Source: Halanaerobiales bacterium (GTDB lineage: Bacteria; Bacillota; Halanaerobiia; Halanaerobiales; M55B127). Taken from it: a stretch of DNA of 64,000 nucleotides. The position numbers and the translations under genes are program-made. The stretch's first letter is position 1. Every line of letters begins with the position of its first letter. The DNA lies in contig JAIPEX010000002.1 in NCBI GenBank assembly GCA_021736945.1, positions 7,486-71,485 of the forward strand, written 5' to 3'. This document shows positions 12,343-22,312 of this stretch, piece by piece. The notes below the pieces were generated by a model that searched no databases, had not been told where the DNA came from, and worked only from the letters and a program-made list of their open reading frames with translations.

Positions 12343-12746
12343 TATTCCATATCATCCTTATTAAATGAACCGGGTAATAGTTCCTTGTTTTTCTTTATTA
12401 ATTCCTGTTTATCATATGTTGTCATTATTATATCAATATCTTTACTAAATTCATTTATTACTTGTCTACAAGCTCCACAAGGTGTAACTGGTTTTTTAGA
12501 TTCAGTTAATAAAAGCATAGCTTCAAATTCAGTATATCCTTCTGAAACAGCTTTAAATACTGCAGTTCTTTCAGCACACATTGTAGAACCAAAGGCAGCA
12601 TTTTCTATATTTACACCAGTAAATATTTTACCATCTTTTGTTAATAATGCTGCTGCCAAAGGAAAATCAGAATACGGTACATAGGCATTTTCAATGGTAT
12701 TTTTTGCAGATTCGAACAACTTTTCTTTAATCTCGCTGTTAACCAT
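12342..12746 (-). CDS. cdd: cytidine deaminase
   Basis: Zinc motifs CAERTA and PCGACRQ. The 134-aa size is typical of a homotetrameric Cdd. Confidence 0.9.
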   Translation of the reverse strand: MVNSEIKEKLFESAKNTIENAYVPYSDFPLAAALLTKDGKIFTGVNIENAAFGSTMCAERTAVFKAVSEGYTEFEAMLLLTESKKPVTPCGACRQVINEFSKDIDIIMTTYDKQELIKKNKELLPGSFNKDDME

Positions 12747-12748
12747 TA

Positions 12749-13903
12749 TTAATCACTTTCCTCATAAGTAATTTTTGTATTAGTTGGAACAATTTGTATC
12801 CAGGTATTTCCTGGGTTCACAGTAATTTCTTCATCATTCTCATTATAAAATTTTGTTAAATTTTGTCCTTCTTTTTCCCAATACCCTTCACTTACTACAC
12901 CATTTCTAAAATATAGAGCTTTATTACTACCTTCTAATTCCATTGTTAATCTTCCTGCCTCATCTTTTACAGAAGTTTTTACAAATTGAACGATTATATT
13001 TTTTACAGTAATTTGGGTATTGTCTTCACAAAAATGTGGATTATCAAGATTACCTAAATATCTATAATACGTGTTTTCTTCTGGGGAGTATCTGTATATT
13101 ACATTATAACTACCCCAATAATTTATATTAATTTTTTCAGCTTTGGATTTGGCATTTGATATTATCATTATCTCTTCAAAATTAAATCTATTATCGTATT
13201 CTACACCTAACATATTATCTAGATAATCATTGATTCTATACTCACCAGTATAAAGATTGTGGGGAGTTGGTTTTTGTTGACTTCTCCAATAGTATTTACC
13301 ATTATATATCTGATCAAGATTCGGATAATCTATATTTTCAAGGATTTCAAAACCTTCAGGACTTGCACCAGCATGTAACAATAATGCATTATACTCTTGA
13401 GCAATTTCTATCATATAAGGTCTTACACTTCGTATAGGTCCAATTTTATCAGGTATTTCTGCCCTATAAAGTGCTAAAAATCTAGTTATACCACCTTCAA
13501 CTAAGAATTCATAAACAATAGGAGCTTTACATATTCCCGATTGAGGTCTTGCCTTAGGGGTGTTTTCAATACTTACCATTGTTGCTCGATGAAGAGTCTT
13601 ATCCTTTATAGGAAGATAATCAAATTTAGATAAAACAACATCTTCTGAAGAACTTTCAGAAATAACTTCATCCGAAGTTTCTTCATCACTTGCATCTTTT
13701 TCTTCTGTATCTTTACTAATATCTTCTTGTCCTTCTTGACTTTCATCTTCTTGCTTATTTACATCTGTTTGGGAAGATTCTTCAACAGATGGCTCAGTCC
13801 CAGAAGGTTCCTCTCCTAATTCACTTCTTAGCATAAAAGCTGAAACTGCAACAATAACTAATAATATTACAAGTCCATATAAAATACCTTTCCTCATTTT
13901 CAC
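12749..13903 (-). CDS. membrane-anchored DUF3048 (YerB-like) protein with an acidic low-complexity linker
   Basis: An N-terminal TM segment is followed by a D/E/S-rich linker. The motif ENTPKARPQSGICKAPIVYEFLVEGGITRFLALY matches my memory of the DUF3048 core. Confidence 0.6.
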   Translation of the reverse strand: MKMRKGILYGLVILLVIVAVSAFMLRSELGEEPSGTEPSVEESSQTDVNKQEDESQEGQEDISKDTEEKDASDEETSDEVISESSSEDVVLSKFDYLPIKDKTLHRATMVSIENTPKARPQSGICKAPIVYEFLVEGGITRFLALYRAEIPDKIGPIRSVRPYMIEIAQEYNALLLHAGASPEGFEILENIDYPNLDQIYNGKYYWRSQQKPTPHNLYTGEYRINDYLDNMLGVEYDNRFNFEEIMIISNAKSKAEKININYWGSYNVIYRYSPEENTYYRYLGNLDNPHFCEDNTQITVKNIIVQFVKTSVKDEAGRLTMELEGSNKALYFRNGVVSEGYWEKEGQNLTKFYNENDEEITVNPGNTWIQIVPTNTKITYEESD

Positions 13904-13981
13904 ACCTCTACAGTTCGATAGATATATTTGTTGATATAAACCTGATTTACTTTAATGAACAAGTTGAAATTATATATATTA

Positions 13982-15232
13982 TTATATTTTTTTCATAGGT
14001 TCATTAGTAAATATTCGCAATTTCTGGATCCGATGTTCCTCTATTTTCTCAATCTCTATTATAATACCTTCAAGTTCTATTTTTTCCCCTTCATCAGGTA
14101 GATAACCAAGTTTATGTAAAACAAAACCACTTATCGTCTCATAACTTTCTTCATCTAATAACTCAAAGGGTAAAATATCATTTAAGTCATCTAAATCAAC
14201 TCTAGCATCAACAAGAATCTCTTTATTATTGATTAAATTAATTTGTTTATCTTCTAAGTCATATTCATCTTGAATATCTCCTACAATTTCTTCTAATAAA
14301 TCTTCTATAGTAATTAACCCTGAAGTACCTCCATACTCATCTAAAATAACGGCCATGTGTTCCCTTCGATTTTGCATTTCTTTTAACAATTTATTTATTT
14401 GCTTACTTTCCGGTATAAAATAGATAGGTTTAATTAAATCTTCAAGAGTTAAGTTTTCTTTCCCTTTTTGAAGTAATTGTAATAAATCTTTTACATATAT
14501 TAAACCAATTATATCATCAATACTATCCTCAAATACCGGTATCCTGGAATGGCCTTTATCAACAGCTAAATCAACTAATTCTTCTATACTTGCATTTTTA
14601 TTTATACAAACCATATCGATTCTTGGAACCATTATCTCTTTGACAACAATATCATCAAATTCAAATACACTTTGAATCATTTCTTTTTCGCTTTCTTTTA
14701 TTGCACCTTCTTCTTCACTTACATTTACAAATCTCCTAACCTCTTCTTCACTAATAAATGCAGAAGAAATCATTCTATTTTCACCGATCATTTTTTTAAT
14801 TAAAACAGTGAAGAATAATATAATAGGATATAATATTTTTTCTAACCAATATAAAACTATTGAAGCAATTTTTGCATACTCTATAGGATTACTATTACCT
14901 AAAGATTTGGGAGTGATTTCACCAAAAACTAATATTACAAAAGTGACGACACCTGTAGCAATTCCTACTCCCTTACTTCCAAATATTTCAATAGCAATTG
15001 AAGTAGCAATTGCAGAAGCAGCAATATTAACTAAATTGTTACCTATTAATATTGTAGTAAGTAATTCAGTTTGATCTTCTAATAATTGATCAACTCTTTT
15101 AGCCTTTTTATCTCCTTCATTGGCTAATTCCCTTATTCTTACCCTATTAGCTGACATAAATGCCGTTTCTGAACCTGAAAAAAATCCAGATAGGATAAGT
15201 AATAAAACAAAGCCAACCAAATTAATTATCAT
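13982..15232 (-). CDS. CNNM/CorC-HlyC family transporter (DUF21 + 2xCBS + CorC_HlyC)
   Basis: The N-terminal DUF21 TM region contains SGSETAF. A CBS pair follows, then a C-terminal transporter-associated domain. Confidence 0.85.
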   Translation of the reverse strand: MIINLVGFVLLLILSGFFSGSETAFMSANRVRIRELANEGDKKAKRVDQLLEDQTELLTTILIGNNLVNIAASAIATSIAIEIFGSKGVGIATGVVTFVILVFGEITPKSLGNSNPIEYAKIASIVLYWLEKILYPIILFFTVLIKKMIGENRMISSAFISEEEVRRFVNVSEEEGAIKESEKEMIQSVFEFDDIVVKEIMVPRIDMVCINKNASIEELVDLAVDKGHSRIPVFEDSIDDIIGLIYVKDLLQLLQKGKENLTLEDLIKPIYFIPESKQINKLLKEMQNRREHMAVILDEYGGTSGLITIEDLLEEIVGDIQDEYDLEDKQINLINNKEILVDARVDLDDLNDILPFELLDEESYETISGFVLHKLGYLPDEGEKIELEGIIIEIEKIEEHRIQKLRIFTNEPMKKI

Positions 15233-15285
15233 TCTCGAATGCCCTCCAGTTGAAAATCAAATACATTATTAAAACAAATGTCGTT

Positions 15286-15723
15286 CTATCTTTTAATTTC
15301 TAATTCTTTTAATATTCTTTCTTCCTTTTTGCGCATTTCTTCTTTTTCACCTTCTATTTTATGGTCATATCCTAAAAGATGAAGGATCCCATGGGTAACT
15401 AAATAACATATTTCCCGTTTGAAGGAATGGCCATAATCTTTGGACTGACTTAAAGCCCTTTCCGCGGATATAATTATATCTCCTAATATTTCATCATCCA
15501 TAGGAAAAGATAATACATCGGTTACTTCATCTTTATTTCTAAATCTTTTGTTTAGTTCCTTGATTTTTTCATTATCTACAAATGCAATACTTATTTCTCC
15601 TCCACCATAACCTTCCATTTCAGTTGCCTTTGTTATTATATTTTTGAAAGCTTGATAGAGGTCTTCATCAATTTCAACTTTACTTTGCTGATTATTAATT
15701 TCCGTTTTTATCATTATTATCAT
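15286..15723 (-). CDS. ybeY: rRNA maturation endoribonuclease YbeY
   Basis: Zinc motif HGILHLLGYDH. It lies in the phoH-pgpH-ybeY synteny. The start may be Met4 (15714). Confidence 0.9.
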   Translation of the reverse strand: MIIMIKTEINNQQSKVEIDEDLYQAFKNIITKATEMEGYGGGEISIAFVDNEKIKELNKRFRNKDEVTDVLSFPMDDEILGDIIISAERALSQSKDYGHSFKREICYLVTHGILHLLGYDHKIEGEKEEMRKKEERILKELEIKR

Positions 15724-17851
15724 CCTTTTTAATTTCTTTTAATAAATTATCAGGATATTCTATTCTCTTATGGTATATACCGGTTAATATTTGGACAAAA
15801 CTATCTGCAATTTCATCAAGTTCATGTAAAGTTAATGGCGAATCATCTAACTGTCTATCATTTAATTTTTCCCTGATTAATTCCTTTACAAAAAGTTCTA
15901 TTCTATTATGATTGTTTTTGTTGAAATTCTTTGAACGCACTGCAGCTTCAACTGTATCAGCTAACATTATTAATGCAGCTTCTTTAGTTTGAGGTTTAGG
16001 ACCATCATATCTAAAATCACTTTCTTTGATGTCACCGTGTTTGTTTTTTTCAACAGCTTGTTTATAGAAAAATGATATCAGCCCAGTACCCTGGTGTTGC
16101 TGAATAATATCCTTTACAGCTTTAGGTAAGTTATATTTATCGGCCATTTCCAAGCCATCTTTAACATGAGATTTTATAATTAAGGCACTTAAGTTTGGAG
16201 AAGTTTTATCATGTGGATTTTCTCCACCAAACTGATTATCTGAAAAGAAATAAGGTCTTTTTAATTTCCCAATATCATGAAAATATGCCCCAACTCTCGT
16301 TAAGAGTGAATCTGCCCCTATCCTATCAGCAGCATTCTCAGCTAAATTACCAACGATTATACTATGATGATAGGTACCTGGAGCTTCCACTAATAATCTC
16401 TTTAATAAAGGATGGCTGGGATTAGATAGCTCTAATAACTTTACTGAGGATGTCAAATCAAATAAATTTTCTAAATATGGTAATAAACCATTAGCTAATA
16501 TCGCAACAAAGATACCGTTTAAGACACCCATTCCTACTGCCCATAATAATTCTATCCAGTCATTAGTTAAATTCATTAAAGTTAGTCCAACAATAAATAC
16601 AACTAAAGAAAGACTAACATTAAAACCAGCTTTTATAAGGTCACTTCTTTGATTTACATTACTTACACTTATTATACCCACTAATCCACCGACAAAAGCA
16701 ACAGCAGCAGCTATATAAAGATTACCGAAAACTAAAGCTATTAAAAAACTTATAAATGCAGTAACTATTAATGCAATTTGTGTATTTATTAATACAGTTA
16801 TTAATATAGAAGCAATTGCTGTTGGTACTAAATAAACCATGTAAGATGGTTGAAAAACACTTATTATCTTGGCTAATAAAACAACTAAAATAACAAGAGT
16901 TTCTATTAAAATTAATTGGTTAATATTTTTCCAAACTTCTTTTTGATAGTGTTTTATATAATAACCTAACAATAGTAGTAGAGAACTTAATGTTATTAAT
17001 ACGCCCATTAAATTAACATAATTTATTCTGGGTTTACGTAAACCCAAAGCTTCTAAAACTTGTATATCATCTTGTGTTACAATATCGCCTTTTCGAATAA
17101 TATTTTCACCCTTAAGAACTGTTCGTTTAACGGGTTCAACCTCTCTTAAGGCCTCTTGTTGGCGTTGCTCAGTTGCTTCTAAATTTAAAATCATATTGGG
17201 TTCGACATGTTTGGTTAATATATTTACTAACACTAACCTATATTCTCTATTAAAATTAGTCTCTAGTGCTAACTGATTAATTCTATTTCTAACTTCTATT
17301 ATATTTTCCGGAAAAATTCTTTCTTGAAGTATTTCTTCCATGATATCAGTAGATACATCATGAAGTTCATTAATTTTTTCAACTTCAGTTTTTAGAAGTA
17401 AACTAAGATTTTCATTGCTAATATCTAAATTATTATTGGACTTAATTTCATTTAACAATTTATTATTTATTTGACCATCATTACTATTTTGTATTCTATT
17501 TTTTGTATTTAAAACAACATTAAATAATTGATCAATATTATTTAGAATCATTCTATTAACTGATTGATCTTCTTCATACACTTTAGAAGAAGATTCTACT
17601 GCTAATTCTCTTAACTGCTCAGTTTTTTCCTGATCAATAAATGTTACAGTGCGAGGGGCTACTATATCAGTAGTACTTACCTCGCCGACTTCTAAGTCTA
17701 TTTGATTAGGAAAAAAATTGAAAGTTAATATAATTGCAATAAATAAGAAAAAAACAACCAAACTTATTCTTCTTTTATATTTCTCATTAAGTTGTATATC
17801 AAAATCGGTCCATTTATTGAACCTCTTTTTTAACCGATCAAAAAGTTGCAT
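15695..17851 (-). CDS. 7TM-HD membrane phosphohydrolase (PgpH/YqfF-like)
   Basis: A large extracytoplasmic region is followed by about 7 TM helices and an HD domain (HHSIIVGNLAE...FHDIGK). Confidence 0.8.
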   Translation of the reverse strand: MQLFDRLKKRFNKWTDFDIQLNEKYKRRISLVVFFLFIAIILTFNFFPNQIDLEVGEVSTTDIVAPRTVTFIDQEKTEQLRELAVESSSKVYEEDQSVNRMILNNIDQLFNVVLNTKNRIQNSNDGQINNKLLNEIKSNNNLDISNENLSLLLKTEVEKINELHDVSTDIMEEILQERIFPENIIEVRNRINQLALETNFNREYRLVLVNILTKHVEPNMILNLEATEQRQQEALREVEPVKRTVLKGENIIRKGDIVTQDDIQVLEALGLRKPRINYVNLMGVLITLSSLLLLLGYYIKHYQKEVWKNINQLILIETLVILVVLLAKIISVFQPSYMVYLVPTAIASILITVLINTQIALIVTAFISFLIALVFGNLYIAAAVAFVGGLVGIISVSNVNQRSDLIKAGFNVSLSLVVFIVGLTLMNLTNDWIELLWAVGMGVLNGIFVAILANGLLPYLENLFDLTSSVKLLELSNPSHPLLKRLLVEAPGTYHHSIIVGNLAENAADRIGADSLLTRVGAYFHDIGKLKRPYFFSDNQFGGENPHDKTSPNLSALIIKSHVKDGLEMADKYNLPKAVKDIIQQHQGTGLISFFYKQAVEKNKHGDIKESDFRYDGPKPQTKEAALIMLADTVEAAVRSKNFNKNNHNRIELFVKELIREKLNDRQLDDSPLTLHELDEIADSFVQILTGIYHKRIEYPDNLLKEIKKDDNNDKNGN

Positions 17852-17853
17852 AA

Positions 17854-18831
17854 TTAACTCCCACTTTCATACCTTTCATAGGCCTTGATGATATCTTTTA
17901 CTAGATCATGTCTGACAACATCATGGTTTGTAAGGTATACAAATTCAATACCGTTAATATTCTTTAATATCTTTCTCACCTGGTTTAATCCAGAATTAGA
18001 ATTCCTTGGTAAATCAATCTGAGTAATATCACCAGTTATTACAGCATGAGAATTAAATCCAATTCTTGTTAAAAACATTTTCATTTGTTCTGGAGTAGTA
18101 TTTTGAGCCTCATCTAAAATAACAAAACTATCATCAAGGGTTCTACCTCTCATATATGCTAGAGGAGCTATTTCAATAATTCCTTTTTCTAAATATTCAC
18201 TAACCTTTTCAGGACCTAAAATATCATATAAAGCATCATATAACGGCCTTAGATATGGATCAACTTTATCTCGCATATCACCAGGTAAAAAGCCCAACTC
18301 TTCGCCAGCTTCAATAGCTGGTCGAGTTAGTACAATTCTATTAGCTTCTTTATTTAACAAACTTTTAACAGCCATAACCATTGCAAGATATGTTTTACCC
18401 GTACCTGCAGGCCCAATGGAAAACACAATGTCTGATCTCTTAATTGCTTCAACATAATATTTTTGTCCTAATGTTTTTACCTTAATTTCTTTACCTTTAA
18501 AATTAACTTGAAGAACCTCATCGTAAAGGTTCCCCAAATCCATGTTCTTATCTTTTCTTAATAAATCAATAGCATATTTAACCTGTCTTTCATCAATGTT
18601 TTTACCATTTTTAGCAAGAGTTACCATTTCATTGATAACGCGAGTCGCTAATTCAACATTATTTTTATTGCCTTTTAATTTTACACTACTACCTCTAGCA
18701 ATTATCTTAACATCTAACCTATCTTCAATAATCTTAATATTCTTGTCCTTATTTCCAAAAACATTTCTCGAAATTTGATAATCGTTTATATCTATAATAT
18801 CTTCAACCGGTACCACCGGATCCCTCCTCAT
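17854..18831 (-). CDS. phoH: PhoH-like ATPase
   Basis: Walker A GPAGTGKTYLA, Walker B FVILDEAQN, and an N-terminal KH-like extension. Confidence 0.9.
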   Translation of the reverse strand: MRRDPVVPVEDIIDINDYQISRNVFGNKDKNIKIIEDRLDVKIIARGSSVKLKGNKNNVELATRVINEMVTLAKNGKNIDERQVKYAIDLLRKDKNMDLGNLYDEVLQVNFKGKEIKVKTLGQKYYVEAIKRSDIVFSIGPAGTGKTYLAMVMAVKSLLNKEANRIVLTRPAIEAGEELGFLPGDMRDKVDPYLRPLYDALYDILGPEKVSEYLEKGIIEIAPLAYMRGRTLDDSFVILDEAQNTTPEQMKMFLTRIGFNSHAVITGDITQIDLPRNSNSGLNQVRKILKNINGIEFVYLTNHDVVRHDLVKDIIKAYERYESGS

Positions 18832-18967
18832 TATTTATATTCCTACTTTTATTTTATTCAAGAGTAGATAAAAGATTCCTCCATATTATAAAAAATCAAT
18901 TCATAGATAAAAAACATACTATGAATATTATAACACATTTTATGTATGTTACAAGTTTGAGAGCATA

Positions 18968-19007
18968 TAAAAAACCAGAACACAACCTTTTATCGGTTAC
19001 ATTCTGG
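18968..19007 (-). terminator. Rho-independent terminator after glpX
   Basis: On minus-strand RNA, CCAGAAUGUAACC-gauaaaa-GGUUGUGUUCUGG forms 13 bp including three G.U pairs. It is followed by UUUUUUAU. Confidence 0.65.
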
Positions 19008-19039
19008 TAAATTACTCAATATTTAGTTTCTTAAATTTA

Positions 19040-20047
19040 TTAATTATTTATAATTTCACTTAAATCAGGGTTAAATATATCTTTTGGAAAATATTCTGGC
19101 TTATTAGTAATCGTATGATGAGTTTTGATAAATCTTATAGTACCGGTCTCACTTCTAAGCAACATTGTATGAGAAGTAGCTTGATTACAACTATATCGTA
19201 TACCTTTAAGTAAATCACCATCTGTAATAGCTGTTGCAGCAAAAACTATATCATCGCCCTGAGCTAAATCTTCCGTAAAGTATAGTTTATCAACATTACT
19301 AATTCCTAACTCTCTTGCTTTTTCTCGATCTTGTTCATGCCTTGGCTTCAATCTCGCCTGAATTTCTCCTCCCATACATCTAAGGGCAGCGGCAGTAAGG
19401 ACTCCTTCGGTTGCCCCACCGGTTCCCATCATCATATCAACTCCTGAATCAGATAGTCCTGTAGCAATACCTCCTGCTACGTCTCCATCACTAATCAATT
19501 TTATTCTAGCACCAATTGACCTTATATCATTAATTAACTTTTTGTGACGAGGCCTATCCAAAACAACAATAGTTAGGTCTTTTACACTTTTGTTTAACGC
19601 AGCTGCTGTAGATCTTAAATTATCTTCTACAGAAGCATCTAAGTTTATTTTACCTTTTGCGCGAGGCCCAACCGCTATTTTTTCCATATATGTATCTGGT
19701 GCTTTTAATAAACTGTGTCTCTCAGCAACTACAACAACAGCCAAAGCATTTGGTAAACCCTTTGAAACTAGAGTTGTACCTTCTACTGGATCAACTGCTA
19801 TATCTACTTGTGGTTCAACACTACCATCTCCAATTTCTTCCCCAATATAAAGATGGGGAGCTTCATCTTTTTCTCCTTCCCCAATTACTACCGTTCCATT
19901 AATTTTTATAGTATCAAAAACTCTTCTCATAGTATCTACAGCTGCACCATCTACACATTTTTTGCAGCCTTTTCCCATCCAGGGGGCAGCAGCTAAAGCA
20001 GCTGTCTCAGTTACTCTAACAAAATCAAATCCTAATTGCCTTTTCAT
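19040..20047 (-). CDS. glpX: fructose-1,6-bisphosphatase class II
   Basis: GlpX family pattern: FVRVTETAALAAAPWMGKG, DIAVDPVEGTT, GTGGATEGVLTAAALRCMGGE. Confidence 0.9.
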   Translation of the reverse strand: MKRQLGFDFVRVTETAALAAAPWMGKGCKKCVDGAAVDTMRRVFDTIKINGTVVIGEGEKDEAPHLYIGEEIGDGSVEPQVDIAVDPVEGTTLVSKGLPNALAVVVVAERHSLLKAPDTYMEKIAVGPRAKGKINLDASVEDNLRSTAAALNKSVKDLTIVVLDRPRHKKLINDIRSIGARIKLISDGDVAGGIATGLSDSGVDMMMGTGGATEGVLTAAALRCMGGEIQARLKPRHEQDREKARELGISNVDKLYFTEDLAQGDDIVFAATAITDGDLLKGIRYSCNQATSHTMLLRSETGTIRFIKTHHTITNKPEYFPKDIFNPDLSEIINN

Positions 20048-20071
20048 TAATTAGTTCAACTCCTTTTATAA

Positions 20072-20680
20072 TTATTCTGTATAATCTACTAAAGTTTTAA
20101 TGATTGTAGTTTTACTTATTCTTCCAACAACTTCATCATTATTATTAATAACTGGTAAAAAATCAATTTTATGCTGTCTGATCTTCCGTGCAGCATCAAT
20201 AAATGTTGATTCTGGAGAAACTGAAATAATTTTTGGTTTCCTTGTCATAGCTAAACTAACCGGAGTATTTTTAAGATTACTTTGACCTATACTCATTTTA
20301 AGTAAGTCTTTTCTAGAAATAACTCCACTAATTCTTTCTTCTTTATTCACCACAACGATAGACCCAACATCTTCTAAAAACATTTTTACTATGGTATCAT
20401 AAATACTGGTTTCTTCATCTACTTGTATAGGTTCTGTCATTATATCTTTTGCTTTTTTATTATATAATGTTTCTATTTCTTTTAGTTCATAATCTTCTTC
20501 AATTAAATAATACCCTACATTGGGCTTTGCGTCTAAAATATTTAACATGGATAAAATAGATAAATCTGAACGAATAGTAGCTCTAGATAAACCTAAATCA
20601 TCGGAAATTTTTTTAGATGAAACCGGTCCTTGTTTTTTTACAATTTCAATAATTTCCTTTTGTCTTTTGGATAACTCCAT
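20072..20680 (-). CDS. ccpN: CcpN-like HTH + CBS-pair transcriptional repressor
   Basis: Similarity to B. subtilis CcpN, as I recall it, runs along the whole length: LSKRQKEIIEIVKK.GP, LSRATIRSDLSIL, VGYY, MFLEDVGS..VV, ISRKDLL. Confidence 0.8.
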   Translation of the reverse strand: MELSKRQKEIIEIVKKQGPVSSKKISDDLGLSRATIRSDLSILSMLNILDAKPNVGYYLIEEDYELKEIETLYNKKAKDIMTEPIQVDEETSIYDTIVKMFLEDVGSIVVVNKEERISGVISRKDLLKMSIGQSNLKNTPVSLAMTRKPKIISVSPESTFIDAARKIRQHKIDFLPVINNNDEVVGRISKTTIIKTLVDYTE

Positions 20681-20825
20681 ATATTACCTCCTATTTTCTT
20701 AGGAATTATATCATTATACACAAAATAATATAACATAATTATCTAATTAATGCAACACTATTGTGGAATATTGTTCTAATTAAAATGTTTTTAATATATC
20801 ATTCCCTCCAATATTAAAACTATAT

Positions 20826-20866
20826 AAATAAAAAAAGGAGGATAAACCCCTTAATAGGATTTATCC
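20826..20866 (-). terminator. putative terminator of the nfeD-floA operon
   Basis: On minus-strand RNA, GGAUAAA-(13 nt)-UUUAUCC is followed by UCCUUUUUUUAUUU. Confidence 0.5.
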
Positions 20867-20885
20867 TTTTGATAATATGCTTTAA

Positions 20886-21290
20886 TTAATTGTTTTTTGA
20901 TGAATTTTTCTTGAAACGAGGTTCATCAAGGATTTCTTTCATTATAATTCCTTTAATTATGTCCTCTTTTTCAACAAACAACTTTTTTTTGGATTTCTGC
21001 TTGACTTTTTTTACTTTTAATTTTTTAGAACGTTTCTTTTTTTCTTTTTGATTTTTTTCATCTTTTTCTTCGACATTTTGATATCTTTCTTTGAACTTCT
21101 CTTTATCATATTCAAACTCATCTTTTTCATTTTTATCAGATAAATTATCCATATTTATTTCTTGATCAGTACTTGTATCTGCTTTACTTTTTTTAATTAC
21201 ATTGTTTTTTTTGTTTAAAAAATTTATTATTCTTGTAATTACTGCTAAAAGTAAAAATAGGAGAGGCCAATAACTAAAAATATTATCCAT
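20886..21290 (-). CDS. small membrane-anchored, extremely Lys/Glu-rich protein (hypothetical)
   Basis: It has one N-terminal TM helix (WPLLFLLLAVITRII) and then a highly charged K/E/D tail. It is the last gene after nfeD-floA, positionally like B. subtilis yqfB. Confidence 0.5.
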   Translation of the reverse strand: MDNIFSYWPLLFLLLAVITRIINFLNKKNNVIKKSKADTSTDQEINMDNLSDKNEKDEFEYDKEKFKERYQNVEEKDEKNQKEKKKRSKKLKVKKVKQKSKKKLFVEKEDIIKGIIMKEILDEPRFKKNSSKNN

Positions 21291-21313
21291 ATCTAATCAC
21301 ACCTCTATTTATC

Positions 21314-22312
21314 TCAATCTTCCTTTTCTTCATCATAATTTTCCTCTTGATCTTCACCTGTAAAATCAGAAATGCCTTCCCGCATACCGGTGTCAGCTTT
21401 TATATTTTTATAATTCATGTAATCCATAACACCTAGATTACCATTTTTAAAAGCTTCTGCAATAGCTAGTGGAACTTCCGCTTCTGCTTCTACAACTTTT
21501 GCTTGTTTTTCTTGAACTTCTGCTCTCATCTCTTGTTCTCTAGCAACAGCCATTGCTCTTCTTTCCTCAGCTTTAGCCTGAGCTATTTCTTTATCTGCTT
21601 CTGCTTGATCTGTTTGAAGTTGGGCGCCAATATTTTTACCTACGTCAACATCAGCTATATCAATTGATAAAATTTCAAAAGCTGTACCAGAATCTAAACC
21701 TTTATTTAGAACAGTTTTAGAAATTGAATCTGGATTCTCTAATACATTTTTATGAGTTTCAGCTGAACCAACAGTAGTAACTATACCTTCTCCAACTCTT
21801 GCTAGTACTGTTTCTTCACCCGCTCCACCTACTAGTCTGTCTATATTAGCTCTTACGGTCACTCTAGCAGTAGCCATAACTTGAATACCGTCCATTGCAA
21901 CAGCAGTAACTAATGGTGTTTTGATTACTTTAGGATTAACACTCATTTTTACAGCTTCCAATACATCTCTTCCGGCCAAATCGATAGCTGCAGCCCGTTC
22001 GAATTTTAAAGGTATCTCAGCCCTTTCAGCAGCGATTAAAGCATCTACAACCTTATTTACATTCCCTCCAGCTAAATAATGAGCCTCTAGCTTATCACTC
22101 GTTAAATCTAGACCTGCCTTATGCGATTTAATCAAAGGACCCACTATGGATGATGGAACTACTCTTCTTAGTCTCATCCCAATTAAATTAAAAAAACCAA
22201 TCTTAACTCCAGCTGCAATAGCAGAAATCCATAATCCTAAAGGAATAAAATATAGGAATAAAAATATGAATACTATTACAGCAAAGATAGTTGCTAATGA
22301 TACTAATGTCAT
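21314..22312 (-). CDS. floA: flotillin-like protein FloA (UPF0365/YqfA)
   Basis: Motifs: [49 protein letters not shown]. The C-terminus is an Ala/Glu-rich coiled region. Confidence 0.85.
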   Translation of the reverse strand: MTLVSLATIFAVIVFIFLFLYFIPLGLWISAIAAGVKIGFFNLIGMRLRRVVPSSIVGPLIKSHKAGLDLTSDKLEAHYLAGGNVNKVVDALIAAERAEIPLKFERAAAIDLAGRDVLEAVKMSVNPKVIKTPLVTAVAMDGIQVMATARVTVRANIDRLVGGAGEETVLARVGEGIVTTVGSAETHKNVLENPDSISKTVLNKGLDSGTAFEILSIDIADVDVGKNIGAQLQTDQAEADKEIAQAKAEERRAMAVAREQEMRAEVQEKQAKVVEAEAEVPLAIAEAFKNGNLGVMDYMNYKNIKADTGMREGISDFTGEDQEENYDEEKED

